Shown here in pieces: positions 55,892 through 64,000 of a stretch of 64,000 nt of DNA. Position 1 is the first letter of the stretch, and every line of letters begins with the position of its first letter. Source of the DNA: an uncultured Verrucomicrobiota bacterium (lineage in GTDB: Bacteria; Verrucomicrobiota; Kiritimatiellia; Kiritimatiellales; Pontiellaceae); contig CAZWZW010000001.1 of the NCBI GenBank assembly GCA_964639125.1, positions 14,483 through 78,482 of the forward strand. The letters run 5' to 3'. The notes under the pieces were generated by a model, which was not told the origin of the DNA, made no database searches, and saw only the letters and a program-made list of their open reading frames with translations. The translations under genes were made by a program, and so were the position numbers.

Positions 55892-56551
55892 CTAAATCTG
55901 TTTTATGAGCGTGATGATAACAGCTTTTGAAATGATCTCTGCAATCACGAGACCGATCACGAATGTTCGGCCTGCTTTTCCGCCATCAGGGTTGCATGAG
56001 GTTTTGTAACTGCAATACATCAACCGAATCATCCAGACCAACACCAGAAGCATTATGATAACGGCTCCGCCGAAAAAAACGGTATCCATTGGATTGAGAC
56101 CTTCGGGGATTCCCTGAGTGCGCAAGGATTGAATAAGCGCGCGGTTGAAGCGTGAGAAGGCGGGAGGAAGAGTTGCGAGGGTGGTAAAGAGGGTCGGCCA
56201 ACGGGCCAATGCCTGAGTTCCAAGAATATCGATGGTTCTGAAAGGCTTTTTGGAGATAATTTTTCCAACCATTAGAAAAACGATTCCCATGCACAGCCAG
56301 TCAATAATTCCAGCGGCCAGAAAAAACCAGTGGGGTGCGGTTCCTCCTGAATGAACATCGAGGACGCCATCGAAATGGGTATTGCTGTACGAACCAATAT
56401 GGCCTGCCGCCAGAATGGCGACGATCCCGATCAAGAGCGCTTTCCAGCCTGCCACGTAGACAAAAGGGTTGAACAGCCAACTTGCCTTTTCATTCGAATC
56501 ACTCGTTATCCACTCTTTCAGTTGGAGGGCCACTTTTTTTGAATTATTCAT
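55892..56551 (-). CDS. hypothetical multi-pass membrane protein
   Basis: 4-5 predicted TM helices. ATG 56551 overlaps the DUF2089 gene stop by 8 nt. No family recognised. Confidence 0.55.
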   Translation of the reverse strand: MNNSKKVALQLKEWITSDSNEKASWLFNPFVYVAGWKALLIGIVAILAAGHIGSYSNTHFDGVLDVHSGGTAPHWFFLAAGIIDWLCMGIVFLMVGKIISKKPFRTIDILGTQALARWPTLFTTLATLPPAFSRFNRALIQSLRTQGIPEGLNPMDTVFFGGAVIIMLLVLVWMIRLMYCSYKTSCNPDGGKAGRTFVIGLVIAEIISKAVIITLIKQI

Positions 56552-56834
56552 TATCTGCTCCCTGATTCGTTTCAATGGTCTCAATGGTTCCGATGATTTC
56601 GTTCAGTTTGTTGCGGACGGTCGGATAGCTGACCTTTAAGAGTTTTGCCATCTCCTTGAGGCTTCCGCTTGCTTTGATGAAATTCAGAACGAACGCCTGG
56701 TCTTCATTTGAAAAGCTGCTTAGTGGTGGTAGAGGGTACAAGCCTTCTACTTCGGTTTCGCAGGTTTCGCACTGTAGTCGCTTAACAGCAAGCCGCTCAT
56801 TGCAGCTCGGACAATGTATTGGTAGTTTTTTCAT
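56544..56834 (-). CDS. DUF2089-family protein (zinc ribbon plus HTH)
   Basis: CPSCNERLAVKRLQCETCETEVEG zinc ribbon and LKEMAKLLKVSYPTVRNKLNEI HTH. Confidence 0.78.
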   Translation of the reverse strand: MKKLPIHCPSCNERLAVKRLQCETCETEVEGLYPLPPLSSFSNEDQAFVLNFIKASGSLKEMAKLLKVSYPTVRNKLNEIIGTIETIETNQGADNE

Positions 56835-56850
56835 ATATCAGCACTATTAG

Positions 56851-56902
56851 TTAATAATATTGATTGATATGTCAATAATATTAATTAATAGGTTTGATAT
56901 GT
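56851..56902. promoter_or_regulatory. AT-rich inverted and direct repeats upstream of the DUF2089 gene
   Basis: TTAATAATATTGA (56851-56863) / TCAATAATATTAA (56872-56884), 1 mismatch. TTGATATGT is repeated at 56864 and 56894. Confidence 0.4.
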
Positions 56903-56951
56903 TGATTTGTTAGGTGCAAAAAGCTGATTGAGCTGGTTTTAGCGCTTAATT

Positions 56952-59900
56952 TCAAAGCTCTTTGCGGCCTTTGAATAGTTGCGCGGCGTCTTCGAGAATC
57001 ATGGTGAGCGAGGGGATCAGCAGCAGGGTGATACCCGTGGCAAACAGGATGCCGAAGCCGAGTGAAATCGCCATGGGGATGAGAAACTTGGCCTGGCGCG
57101 AGGTCTCAAAAATCATCGGCGTTAGCCCGAAGAAGGTGGTGAGCGTGGTGAGAATGATCGGGCGGAAGCGTTGGATGCCGGCCTGATGGACGGCGTCGTG
57201 CATGGAGGCTCCTTCGCGTCGTTTCTGGTTGGCGAAGTCGATGAACACCAGCGAGTCGTTCACCACCACGCCCGAGAGGGCAACCACGCCGAAGAGGCTC
57301 ATCAGGCTGAGACTGTAGCCCAGCAAGAGGTGTCCCATCACGGCACCCACAATGCCGAAGGGGATACTGACCATGATGATCATCGGTTGCCAGTAGCTCT
57401 TGAAAGGGATGGCAAGCAGGACATAGATCAGCAGCACCGCGGCGAGCAGGCCGTTGAGCAGGCCGCCGATGCTCTCGCGCTGGTCGGCCTGACGCCCTTC
57501 GAACGAGTAGGTGAGGCCGTTGTATTTCCGCATCAGCTGCGGCAAAATATCGGTGGTCATCGCTTCCGTGATCTGCGGAGTTTGGTCGCGCGGGGTGACG
57601 TCGGCCGAGACGGTGATGACGCGGCGACCATCGCGGCGGGTGATGGTGGTATAGGCGCGGCCGCGCTTGACCGAAACGACTTCGCGCAGGGGAACCTCGG
57701 TGCCGTTCGGGGTGCGCACGATCATTTCCTCGAGGCTGAATTCGGTGTCGCGTTCGGCTTCGGGGAGGCGGACCATGATTTTGATTTCGTTGCGGCCGCG
57801 CTGCTGGCGGATCGCTTCGGAACCATAGTAGGAGTTGCGCACCTGGCGGGCGATTTCGCGCGATGTGAGGCCGAGGCTGCGCCCGGCCGCATTGACCTGG
57901 AAGTCGATCTGGGGCTTGCCGGGGGTGAAGCCGTCGTCGATATCGCGCACCATCGGGAAGACACGCAATTCTTCGGCGAGTTCCTTGCTGGCCTGTTCGA
58001 GCACGGCCATGCTGCGGTGGGAGAGATCGACGGTGAGTGCATCGGAGCCGCCGCCGGGGCCGCCTGAATCGTCGCGGAAACGGATATTCTTGAGGCCGCT
58101 GATGGGGCCGGTTGCCTTGCGCCAGCGGTCGACGAATGCTTTGGTGGAGACCGGGCGGTGGTCGGGGTCGACCAGCTCGTAGGTGATCTGCGCAACGTGT
58201 CCGCCGCCGGGGCCGCTGCGCCCGCCCGCTCCAATCTCCGAATAAACACCCTTGACGAGTTTCTTGCCGGATTCCTTTTCGATTTCGGTGATGAGCTCGT
58301 TGCCTGCGGCAATGATGCGGTCGCGGATGGACAGGGTTTTCTCGACGGGGGAGCCGTAGGGGAGGGTGAATCTGCACAGTGCGAGATCGGATTCCACACT
58401 CGGGAAGAATTCAAAGCCCATGCGACCGCTTTTCACATAACCAATGGTAAGGATCAGGATTACGAGCCCGATGCTGACGGTGATGTAGCGCAGGCGCAGG
58501 GAGAGATCGAGGAGCGGGCCGTAGAAGTTGTGCACGAAATGTATGAACTTGCGACTGAATTTTTGCTGCCAGCGGTGGAGGAAGTGCGGGTTCTTCAGGT
58601 CTTTCTGGTGGGCGAGGTGGGCCGGCAGGATGTAGAGCGCTTCGACCAGCGAAATGATGAACGTGGAGCAGACCACCATCGGGATCACCCGGAAAAACTT
58701 GCCCATGACACCCGGCACGAAATAGAGCGGTAGAAAGGCCACAAGATTGGTGAGGATGCTGAAGGTGACCGGTACGGCGATTTCCCGTGCTCCCGCAATG
58801 GCCGCCTGAAGGAAGGGCATACCGTCCTGATGGCGGTGGTATATGTTTTCGCCGACCACAATGGCATCGTCCACCACAATTCCGAGTGCGATGAGGAACG
58901 CAAACATGGAAATCATGTTGAGGCTTACGTCCATGGCGCCCATGAAGAGGAAGGTGCCGAGGAAGGAGATCGGAATGCCGAGCATGACCCAGAAGGCCAG
59001 GCGCAATTCAAGGAAAAGGCCGAGCAGAATGAAAACCAGCGTCAATCCCATCATGCCGTTCTTGAGCAGCAGGCCCATGCGCCCGCGGAACATGTCGGCC
59101 CGGTTGTTCCAGATGGTGTACTCGAGCCCGTCGGGCATGGTTTCGCGCAGGTCTTCGAGCACCTTGAGTGCGGCGGCCTCGACGGTGAGCGGGGTTTCCT
59201 TCCCGACGCGGTAGAGCGTAATGCTCATGGCGGGCTTGCCGTTGTAGAAAGAAAACTTGTCGGACTCGTCGAAGTGGTCGCGGATATCAGCGATATCTTC
59301 GAGCCGGAGCTGGGTGCCATCCGGCGCGGTGACGATCGGGATGCGGGCGAATTCGCGCCCGAAGTCGCGGCGGTCCTTGATGCGCACAAGGATTTCGCCG
59401 CCACTGGTCTTCATGCCGCCGCCGGGAAGCTCCAGTGCGCTGCGTGCAATAATGTCCGATACTGCCTGTAACGACAGGTTGAGTTCGCGCAGTTTATCCT
59501 GCGGGATTTCGATGGCGATTTCATAGTTTCGAACGTTGGACAGTTCAACCTGCGTGATGCCGCCGGATTGCAGCAGGCGGTCGCGGGTTTGTTCGGTGAG
59601 TTCGCGCAGGACATTCTCGGAAACATCTGCCGCCACGATCACATCCATCACTGCGCGCTTGAGCTTGACGGCGCTGATGATCGGGTTTTCGGCGTCGAGC
59701 GGAAAGGTGCGGATGCGGTCGACCTCGTTGCGTACATCGTCGGTGACGCGGTTGACATCGTAGCTTTCGAGTACTTCGATGCGCACCGATCCGTTGCCTT
59801 CGGAGGCGGTGGACGTGACGCGCTTGACGCCGTCGATCCCGCGTACGGCCTCTTCGACGGCCAGCAGGATGCCCTGTTCGACCTCGTCCGGGCTCGCGCC

Positions 59901-60077
59901 GGGGTAGGGCACGTTGACGGAAACTTCGTCGAGTTGCGCCTCCGGAAGAAATTCCTGGTTCACTTTGGTGGCGGCAATCAAGCCGCCCGCCAGCAGGATC
60001 GCCATCAGGATGTTGGCGGCCACGGAATTCTTCGCCATCCAGGCCATAGGCCCGCGGGTTTGGGTTTTGAGTTCCAT
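56952..60077 (-). CDS. RND efflux transporter permease (AcrB/HAE family)
   Basis: 1041 aa with 12-TM RND architecture. N-terminus [20 protein letters not shown]. Conserved TM4 block [14 protein letters not shown]. Confidence 0.93.
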   Translation of the reverse strand: MELKTQTRGPMAWMAKNSVAANILMAILLAGGLIAATKVNQEFLPEAQLDEVSVNVPYPGASPDEVEQGILLAVEEAVRGIDGVKRVTSTASEGNGSVRIEVLESYDVNRVTDDVRNEVDRIRTFPLDAENPIISAVKLKRAVMDVIVAADVSENVLRELTEQTRDRLLQSGGITQVELSNVRNYEIAIEIPQDKLRELNLSLQAVSDIIARSALELPGGGMKTSGGEILVRIKDRRDFGREFARIPIVTAPDGTQLRLEDIADIRDHFDESDKFSFYNGKPAMSITLYRVGKETPLTVEAAALKVLEDLRETMPDGLEYTIWNNRADMFRGRMGLLLKNGMMGLTLVFILLGLFLELRLAFWVMLGIPISFLGTFLFMGAMDVSLNMISMFAFLIALGIVVDDAIVVGENIYHRHQDGMPFLQAAIAGAREIAVPVTFSILTNLVAFLPLYFVPGVMGKFFRVIPMVVCSTFIISLVEALYILPAHLAHQKDLKNPHFLHRWQQKFSRKFIHFVHNFYGPLLDLSLRLRYITVSIGLVILILTIGYVKSGRMGFEFFPSVESDLALCRFTLPYGSPVEKTLSIRDRIIAAGNELITEIEKESGKKLVKGVYSEIGAGGRSGPGGGHVAQITYELVDPDHRPVSTKAFVDRWRKATGPISGLKNIRFRDDSGGPGGGSDALTVDLSHRSMAVLEQASKELAEELRVFPMVRDIDDGFTPGKPQIDFQVNAAGRSLGLTSREIARQVRNSYYGSEAIRQQRGRNEIKIMVRLPEAERDTEFSLEEMIVRTPNGTEVPLREVVSVKRGRAYTTITRRDGRRVITVSADVTPRDQTPQITEAMTTDILPQLMRKYNGLTYSFEGRQADQRESIGGLLNGLLAAVLLIYVLLAIPFKSYWQPMIIMVSIPFGIVGAVMGHLLLGYSLSLMSLFGVVALSGVVVNDSLVFIDFANQKRREGASMHDAVHQAGIQRFRPIILTTLTTFFGLTPMIFETSRQAKFLIPMAISLGFGILFATGITLLLIPSLTMILEDAAQLFKGRKEL

Positions 60078-60081
60078 GAAT

Positions 60082-61257
60082 CTATTCCTTGTTGTCGGCT
60101 TGGTCTTGCGGGTTGCCCTTCGGCTGGCCCTTGCCGGTATTCACGTCCATACCCTGGATCGGGGTTGTGAGGTCGGAGACGATGAGTTGCTCGCCGTCGG
60201 CGAGGTTGTCGCGTACGAGCAGTTGGGTGGTATCGCGCCAGAGGACGTCCACTTTTCGGATATCGAGTTTGTCGGACTGGGCAATCCAGAGTTTTCCGTT
60301 GTCGTGCAGGGCCTTGCGGGGAATGGAATAGACGCCTTGGAGTTCGCTTCCGCTGATTTGTGCCTTTACGTATTCGCCGATGAGCAGTGGTTGCTTATCG
60401 GCGTTTTCCGGGCGGAGGCAGAGCGGGTCTTCCACCTCGAGCAGCAGGCGGGCCATGCGCCCTTTCTCTTCCAGATTACCGAGCAGCTTGATGACGCGGC
60501 CTTCGCGTTCGGCTCCGCTGGAGGAAAGGAACTTGGCGGTGCTGCCCGGAATGGTAACCCAGCCGATGCGGTCGACGGGAATGGAAACGATGACCCAATA
60601 GACATCGGTTCCGGCCAGGCGGGACAGTTGATCCTGCAGGGAAGCTTGCGAACCAACGTTGATTTTACGCTCAAGCACGATGGCATTGAAGGGGGCCTTG
60701 ATTTTCGTGCGTTCCAGGTCGATCCGGCTCTGCTCCAGTCGGGCCTCGGCAGCGGCCAAGGCCGCTTTCTTCGCCGCCAGATGCGGGATGCGCAGGGCGA
60801 GTTCCCTTTCCTGTGGGGTGGCATCGTCGGTTTTGAGCAGATCCCATTCGCGTCGGGCAACATCCTGTCGACCGAGTTCAAGCTTGTAGTCGAACTGCGC
60901 CGTCATCCGCGCCGATTGGGCGGAGGCCAGAGCCAGCTCGTAGTCTACGGGGTCGATCGTAAGAATAGTTTCTCCTTTTTTAAAGAGGCCGCCTTCGAGG
61001 AATTCGGGCGCAATGGAAACAATTTCCCCGCTAACGCGGGTGCGCAATAGCACTTGTTGTTCGGGAACCACGGTGCCGGTCAAGTGTAATACCACCTGTT
61101 CATCGGTGGCCTTGAGCGGGAGTGTTTCCACCAGCGGTGCCATTTTGGGCGGGCGCTTCTTTTCGGCTTTCGGCGCGGTCTTGACAATGATGATGTTCGC
61201 CACAATGGCTGCGAGTATGAGAGCAATCGATAGGATGGCAATGTATGTTTTACGCAT
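60082..61257 (-). CDS. RND efflux periplasmic adaptor (membrane fusion protein)
   Basis: N-terminal anchor, coiled-coil hairpin (AALAAAEARLEQSRIDLERTKIKAPFNA), and beta-barrel domains. Confidence 0.88.
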   Translation of the reverse strand: MRKTYIAILSIALILAAIVANIIIVKTAPKAEKKRPPKMAPLVETLPLKATDEQVVLHLTGTVVPEQQVLLRTRVSGEIVSIAPEFLEGGLFKKGETILTIDPVDYELALASAQSARMTAQFDYKLELGRQDVARREWDLLKTDDATPQERELALRIPHLAAKKAALAAAEARLEQSRIDLERTKIKAPFNAIVLERKINVGSQASLQDQLSRLAGTDVYWVIVSIPVDRIGWVTIPGSTAKFLSSSGAEREGRVIKLLGNLEEKGRMARLLLEVEDPLCLRPENADKQPLLIGEYVKAQISGSELQGVYSIPRKALHDNGKLWIAQSDKLDIRKVDVLWRDTTQLLVRDNLADGEQLIVSDLTTPIQGMDVNTGKGQPKGNPQDQADNKE

Positions 61258-61269
61258 GGGGGTTCTCCG

Positions 61270-62661
61270 TTAATTCGGTGAGATTTCGTTGGGCCACGAG
61301 CCACCGAGGGCGCGATATAAATTTATGCGATATTGAAGCAGGGTGTACTGCGCTTCGATGCGGTCGCGTTCCAGATTCTGCAGGTTGCGCAGCTCGACGA
61401 GTACCGTGAGGTATTCAACCAATCCGTTGCGGTAGCGGTTGACTGCTTCATTGTAGGAGTTGCGGCTCATCTCCAGATTCTGGTCGAGCGATGCAAGGTA
61501 TTCGTGCTGCTTTTGTTCGGAAACCAAAGCGTCTTCGACTTCCTTAACGGCGTTGATCACCGTTTCCCGGTAGGCCGCCAGCCGTTCATCGACGACCGCC
61601 CGGGTGCGAGCAACTTCGGCCTTGCGGCGTCCGCCTTCAAAGATGGGGCCGGTTACATTGGCGGCGAGGGCGGATAACCAATTGTCGAAGAGATTGCTCA
61701 GTTCGCTGCTGGCATAGTTTGCCGAGGCGGTCAACCGGATGGCCGGCAGGCGATCGGCGCGCGCGGCACTTACTGCCCAGTCGGCCGACTTCAGCTGCAG
61801 CCCGGCCTGCCGCACATCCGGGCGATTGGCCAGTACGTCGGCGGGAATTCCGATCGAGGGAAGTGGACCCATGCCGGGAAGTACGTCTTCCGTGATTTCC
61901 AGTTGCTGGAGGTTCGCATGGCCCAGCAGTGCGGCCAGCTCGTTGAGCAATAGCTCTTCGCGCAGCTCGGCCAGCGGAATACGGGCTTTTGTTCCGGCAA
62001 CGGCCTGCTGTTGCTGGTAGACATCAAGTGCGGTCGCAAGCGACTTGCGGAAGCGTAGTTCGATCAGTTCGAGCGAGGTTTGGTTGGCTTCAAGCTGCTG
62101 CCGGATCAGTTCGGTCTGCAGGCGTTGCGCCACGATGCCGGTCCAGCGCAAGGCCACCTGCGCTGAGAGGGTGATGGCCGCGGTATTGAGCTGTTCTCTT
62201 GAGGCTTCATGATCGAGCGCTGCCGCTGCGGTTTGCGATTTGATGCGGCCCCATAGATCGATTTCGTAGGCGGTATTCAGCCCCAGTGAGTAGTTTTTAA
62301 TGGCGATAGAACTTCCGCTCGTTAACCACCGTTCGGTTCTTGATGCGTTGGCATCGTAGTTGAGGGTGGGGTGACGCGCTGCACCGGATTTGGTGGCGAT
62401 GGCATCGGCCTGCGCCAGTCGCGCCCACGCCTGTTGAATGGATGGGCTGTTGGTGAGTGCTTCGTTGATCAGTGCGTCGAGTTCTGCCGATTCAAAACTT
62501 TCCCACCAGCGATTGGTGGTGTCCACGTTTTCGGAATAGAGCGAGAATTTCCCCGGCAGCCTGGCGTCCAGATCGCCCCGTTCCACGGGTGCAAAAATTG
62601 CGCAGGAAGAGAGGAGCAATGAAGTTAGGGCCAATGCGAAAATTGGACGAATCGATCTCAT
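61270..62661 (-). CDS. efflux outer-membrane factor lipoprotein (NodT/TolC family)
   Basis: Lipobox LLLSSC. Duplicated OEP repeats. C-terminal LYRALGGSW. Confidence 0.88.
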   Translation of the reverse strand: MRSIRPIFALALTSLLLSSCAIFAPVERGDLDARLPGKFSLYSENVDTTNRWWESFESAELDALINEALTNSPSIQQAWARLAQADAIATKSGAARHPTLNYDANASRTERWLTSGSSIAIKNYSLGLNTAYEIDLWGRIKSQTAAAALDHEASREQLNTAAITLSAQVALRWTGIVAQRLQTELIRQQLEANQTSLELIELRFRKSLATALDVYQQQQAVAGTKARIPLAELREELLLNELAALLGHANLQQLEITEDVLPGMGPLPSIGIPADVLANRPDVRQAGLQLKSADWAVSAARADRLPAIRLTASANYASSELSNLFDNWLSALAANVTGPIFEGGRRKAEVARTRAVVDERLAAYRETVINAVKEVEDALVSEQKQHEYLASLDQNLEMSRNSYNEAVNRYRNGLVEYLTVLVELRNLQNLERDRIEAQYTLLQYRINLYRALGGSWPNEISPN

Positions 62662-63296
62662 GGTTTAAAGCCTTTCTGGATTTCCTTTAACCCGCCCATG
62701 GAGAAGGAGGCAATGTGTCGGGCAATTTGTTCAATTTCTTTTTCGGACAAAGTGCTCTTGCCGATCACACGTTCGCGCAGCGGGCGGCTAAAGTTGTAGA
62801 AGGCGCATTGACCAATGATGCTGTGCATGCAGCGGCGAATGCTTTCATCTTCAATGTCCGGTGACAGGGCCGCATGCACGGCTTTTCCCAGAAACTGGCT
62901 TTGGGGGAAGAGTACTTCCTTGGCGATTCGGTCGAGCGCAAGGGTGGGGTTCGACATTTCCTGATGCAGCAGCTTTGGAAACAGCCCGGCTTCGTCTTCG
63001 CAGAATATGCGATGTATCAAGGCGTTGGCGTAGCTGTACAGATAGTCTTCGAGGGTCGGGTTTTGCGGAAGGCTGCCATGAATGGGGTAGGCTGCCGATG
63101 TTATGCTGAAGGCGTATCGCCAGACGGCATCGTAGAGCGATTCTTTGTCGCCAAAGTGATAGTTCACAGAGGCGATGTTGGCTTCGGCCCGTTCGCAGAT
63201 TTCCGCTACCGTCGTGTCGCGGTACCCTTTTGCGGCAAAAACGGCGCAGGCCGCATGCAACAGCCGCTCTTTAGTGTTTGGTTTGTGATTCGACAT
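62658..63296 (-). CDS. TetR/AcrR family transcriptional regulator
   Basis: HTH TKERLLHAACAVFAAKGYRDTTVAEICERAEANIASVNYHFGDKESLY. ATGA overlap with the OMF gene. Confidence 0.9.
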   Translation of the reverse strand: MSNHKPNTKERLLHAACAVFAAKGYRDTTVAEICERAEANIASVNYHFGDKESLYDAVWRYAFSITSAAYPIHGSLPQNPTLEDYLYSYANALIHRIFCEDEAGLFPKLLHQEMSNPTLALDRIAKEVLFPQSQFLGKAVHAALSPDIEDESIRRCMHSIIGQCAFYNFSRPLRERVIGKSTLSEKEIEQIARHIASFSMGGLKEIQKGFKP

Positions 63297-63310
63297 GGTT
63301 TAAATAAATA

Positions 63311-63330
63311 TTTCAAATATACATTTGAAA
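63311..63330. promoter_or_regulatory. 20-bp palindrome TTTCAAAT-ATAC-ATTTGAAA (TetR operator candidate)
   Basis: Perfect 8-bp arms, 15 bp upstream of the tetR-family start codon, in the tetR/ruvC divergent region. Confidence 0.5.
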
Positions 63331-63407
63331 AATAGCATGGCATTGGCGTTTGTCAAGACCGGCGTTTTTTCTTTCTAGGCATGTTCAAGCGCGATACCTT
63401 CCACACC

Positions 63408-63920
63408 ATGGCACGGGAAACCATTCGAATTCTGGGTATCGACACCTCGTTGCGGTCAACGGGGGTGGGGATAATCGAGGCAAGAGGCTCGGAGCTGAGG
63501 GCGATTGTCTATGGCCGCATCCATAACAAGCCGAAGGTGCCTCATTCGACGTGTCTGGAAAATATTTTTAATTCGCTCACCGACCTAATTGAGGATCATC
63601 AACCGACCTGTGCTGCAATCGAAGGTGCCTTTTTTGCAAAAAATGCCAATACGGCCATGGTGCTAGGGCAGGCGAGGGGGGCGGTCATTACGGCTTGCGC
63701 CCGGCTGGGGCTGGAAATTTCCGAGCACTCGCCGAGGAAGGTTAAGCAATCGCTTGTTGGAACGGGTGCAGCGCAAAAGGATCAGGTGGCAAAGATGGTT
63801 ATGAGACTGTTGAACCTTGAGGAACAGCCGCAGGAAGATGCTGCCGATGCGCTTGCCGTTGCAATCTGTCATTTTCATCAATCTGCATTGCCGGAAAAAA
63901 TGCAGGCAAAGAAAATCTGA
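63408..63920 (+). CDS. ruvC: crossover junction endodeoxyribonuclease RuvC
   Basis: RILGIDTSLRSTGVGII (catalytic Asp), AIEGAFF, and a C-terminal DAADALAVAICH block. ATG 63408 preferred over 63381. Confidence 0.9.
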   Translation: MARETIRILGIDTSLRSTGVGIIEARGSELRAIVYGRIHNKPKVPHSTCLENIFNSLTDLIEDHQPTCAAIEGAFFAKNANTAMVLGQARGAVITACARLGLEISEHSPRKVKQSLVGTGAAQKDQVAKMVMRLLNLEEQPQEDAADALAVAICHFHQSALPEKMQAKKI

Positions 63921-64000
63921 TCTCAGTGGCGTTTAATCAAAATAATTCGAATCGCCAGCCAAGGGATGCCGAAAAAGAGGAAGAGCATCATCTTTAGTGC

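Noticed and set aside
63923-64000. Open minus-strand frame running off the window end (..KMMLFLFFGIPWLAIRIILIKRH stop)
   Set aside because: Only 25 codons are visible. It could be the hydrophobic C-terminus of a membrane protein or a tiny peptide, and there is too little sequence to call it.

Overview
This is a 64-kb chromosomal segment of roughly 55-58% GC by eye. It dips to about 45% around 49.5-50.4 kb and 55.9-56.9 kb. Gene content and style suggest a PVC-superphylum (Verrucomicrobiota/Kiritimatiellota-like) polysaccharide degrader: a divergent FtsZ, many carbohydrate genes, pseudopilin genes and TPR-ExbBD. That placement is inference only. All calls come from reading the ORF translations and the DNA; no searches were run.

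Layout:
- 1-13.5 kb: a glycosaminoglycan / N-acetylhexosamine locus. It holds a chondroitinase-ABC-type PL8 lyase with an extra DUF1961-like domain, a CBM9-like protein, an SGNH esterase, AraC, ROK kinase-LmbE deacetylase-NagB, two NahK-like anomeric kinases around a 4-epimerase, and a nucleotidylyltransferase.
- 13.5-27.8 kb: a hexuronate/sugar-acid regulon. It holds an SSF symporter, uxuA, two PfkB kinases, uxaC, an SDR reductase, eda and LacI. It also contains a LarA-like (nickel-pincer racemase family) gene sandwiched between two 6-phosphogluconate dehydrogenase paralogues.
- 28.0-31.2 kb: ftsQ-ftsA-ftsZ.
- 31.2-36.1 kb (minus strand): a GspI/J/K pseudopilin plus PilMN/PilO-like assembly operon.
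- 36.2-41.7 kb: a YdjM-like hydrolase, tRNA-Gly(CCC), ruvB, ppiC, a phosphatase, Crp, prfA and rpmE.
- 41.8-47.1 kb: a TPR-TPR-ExbB-ExbD-ExbD operon with no TonB.
- 47.3-56.8 kb: azoR, trpF, gluQ, a PaaX-like regulator, trpB, an orphan Flp pilin, yicC, gmk, an SLC12-type transporter and a DUF2089 module.
- 56.9-63.3 kb: a TetR-controlled RND efflux operon, followed by ruvC.

I saw no rRNA, CRISPR, transposase, integrase, phage or recognisable defence genes.

Most notable observations:
- The gnd-larA-like-gnd arrangement, where one gnd copy carries an NAD-type cofactor fingerprint.
- A NagA-less amino-sugar module.
- A ~100-126 bp palindromic repeat present twice at convergent gene junctions, each time supplying the TAG stop of the adjacent gene.
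- A shared CTCAAA-NN-TTTGAG operator candidate across the hexuronate promoters.
- A 5 x 18 bp in-frame tandem repeat that gives a Gly/Arg-rich tail on a GspJ-like pseudopilin.
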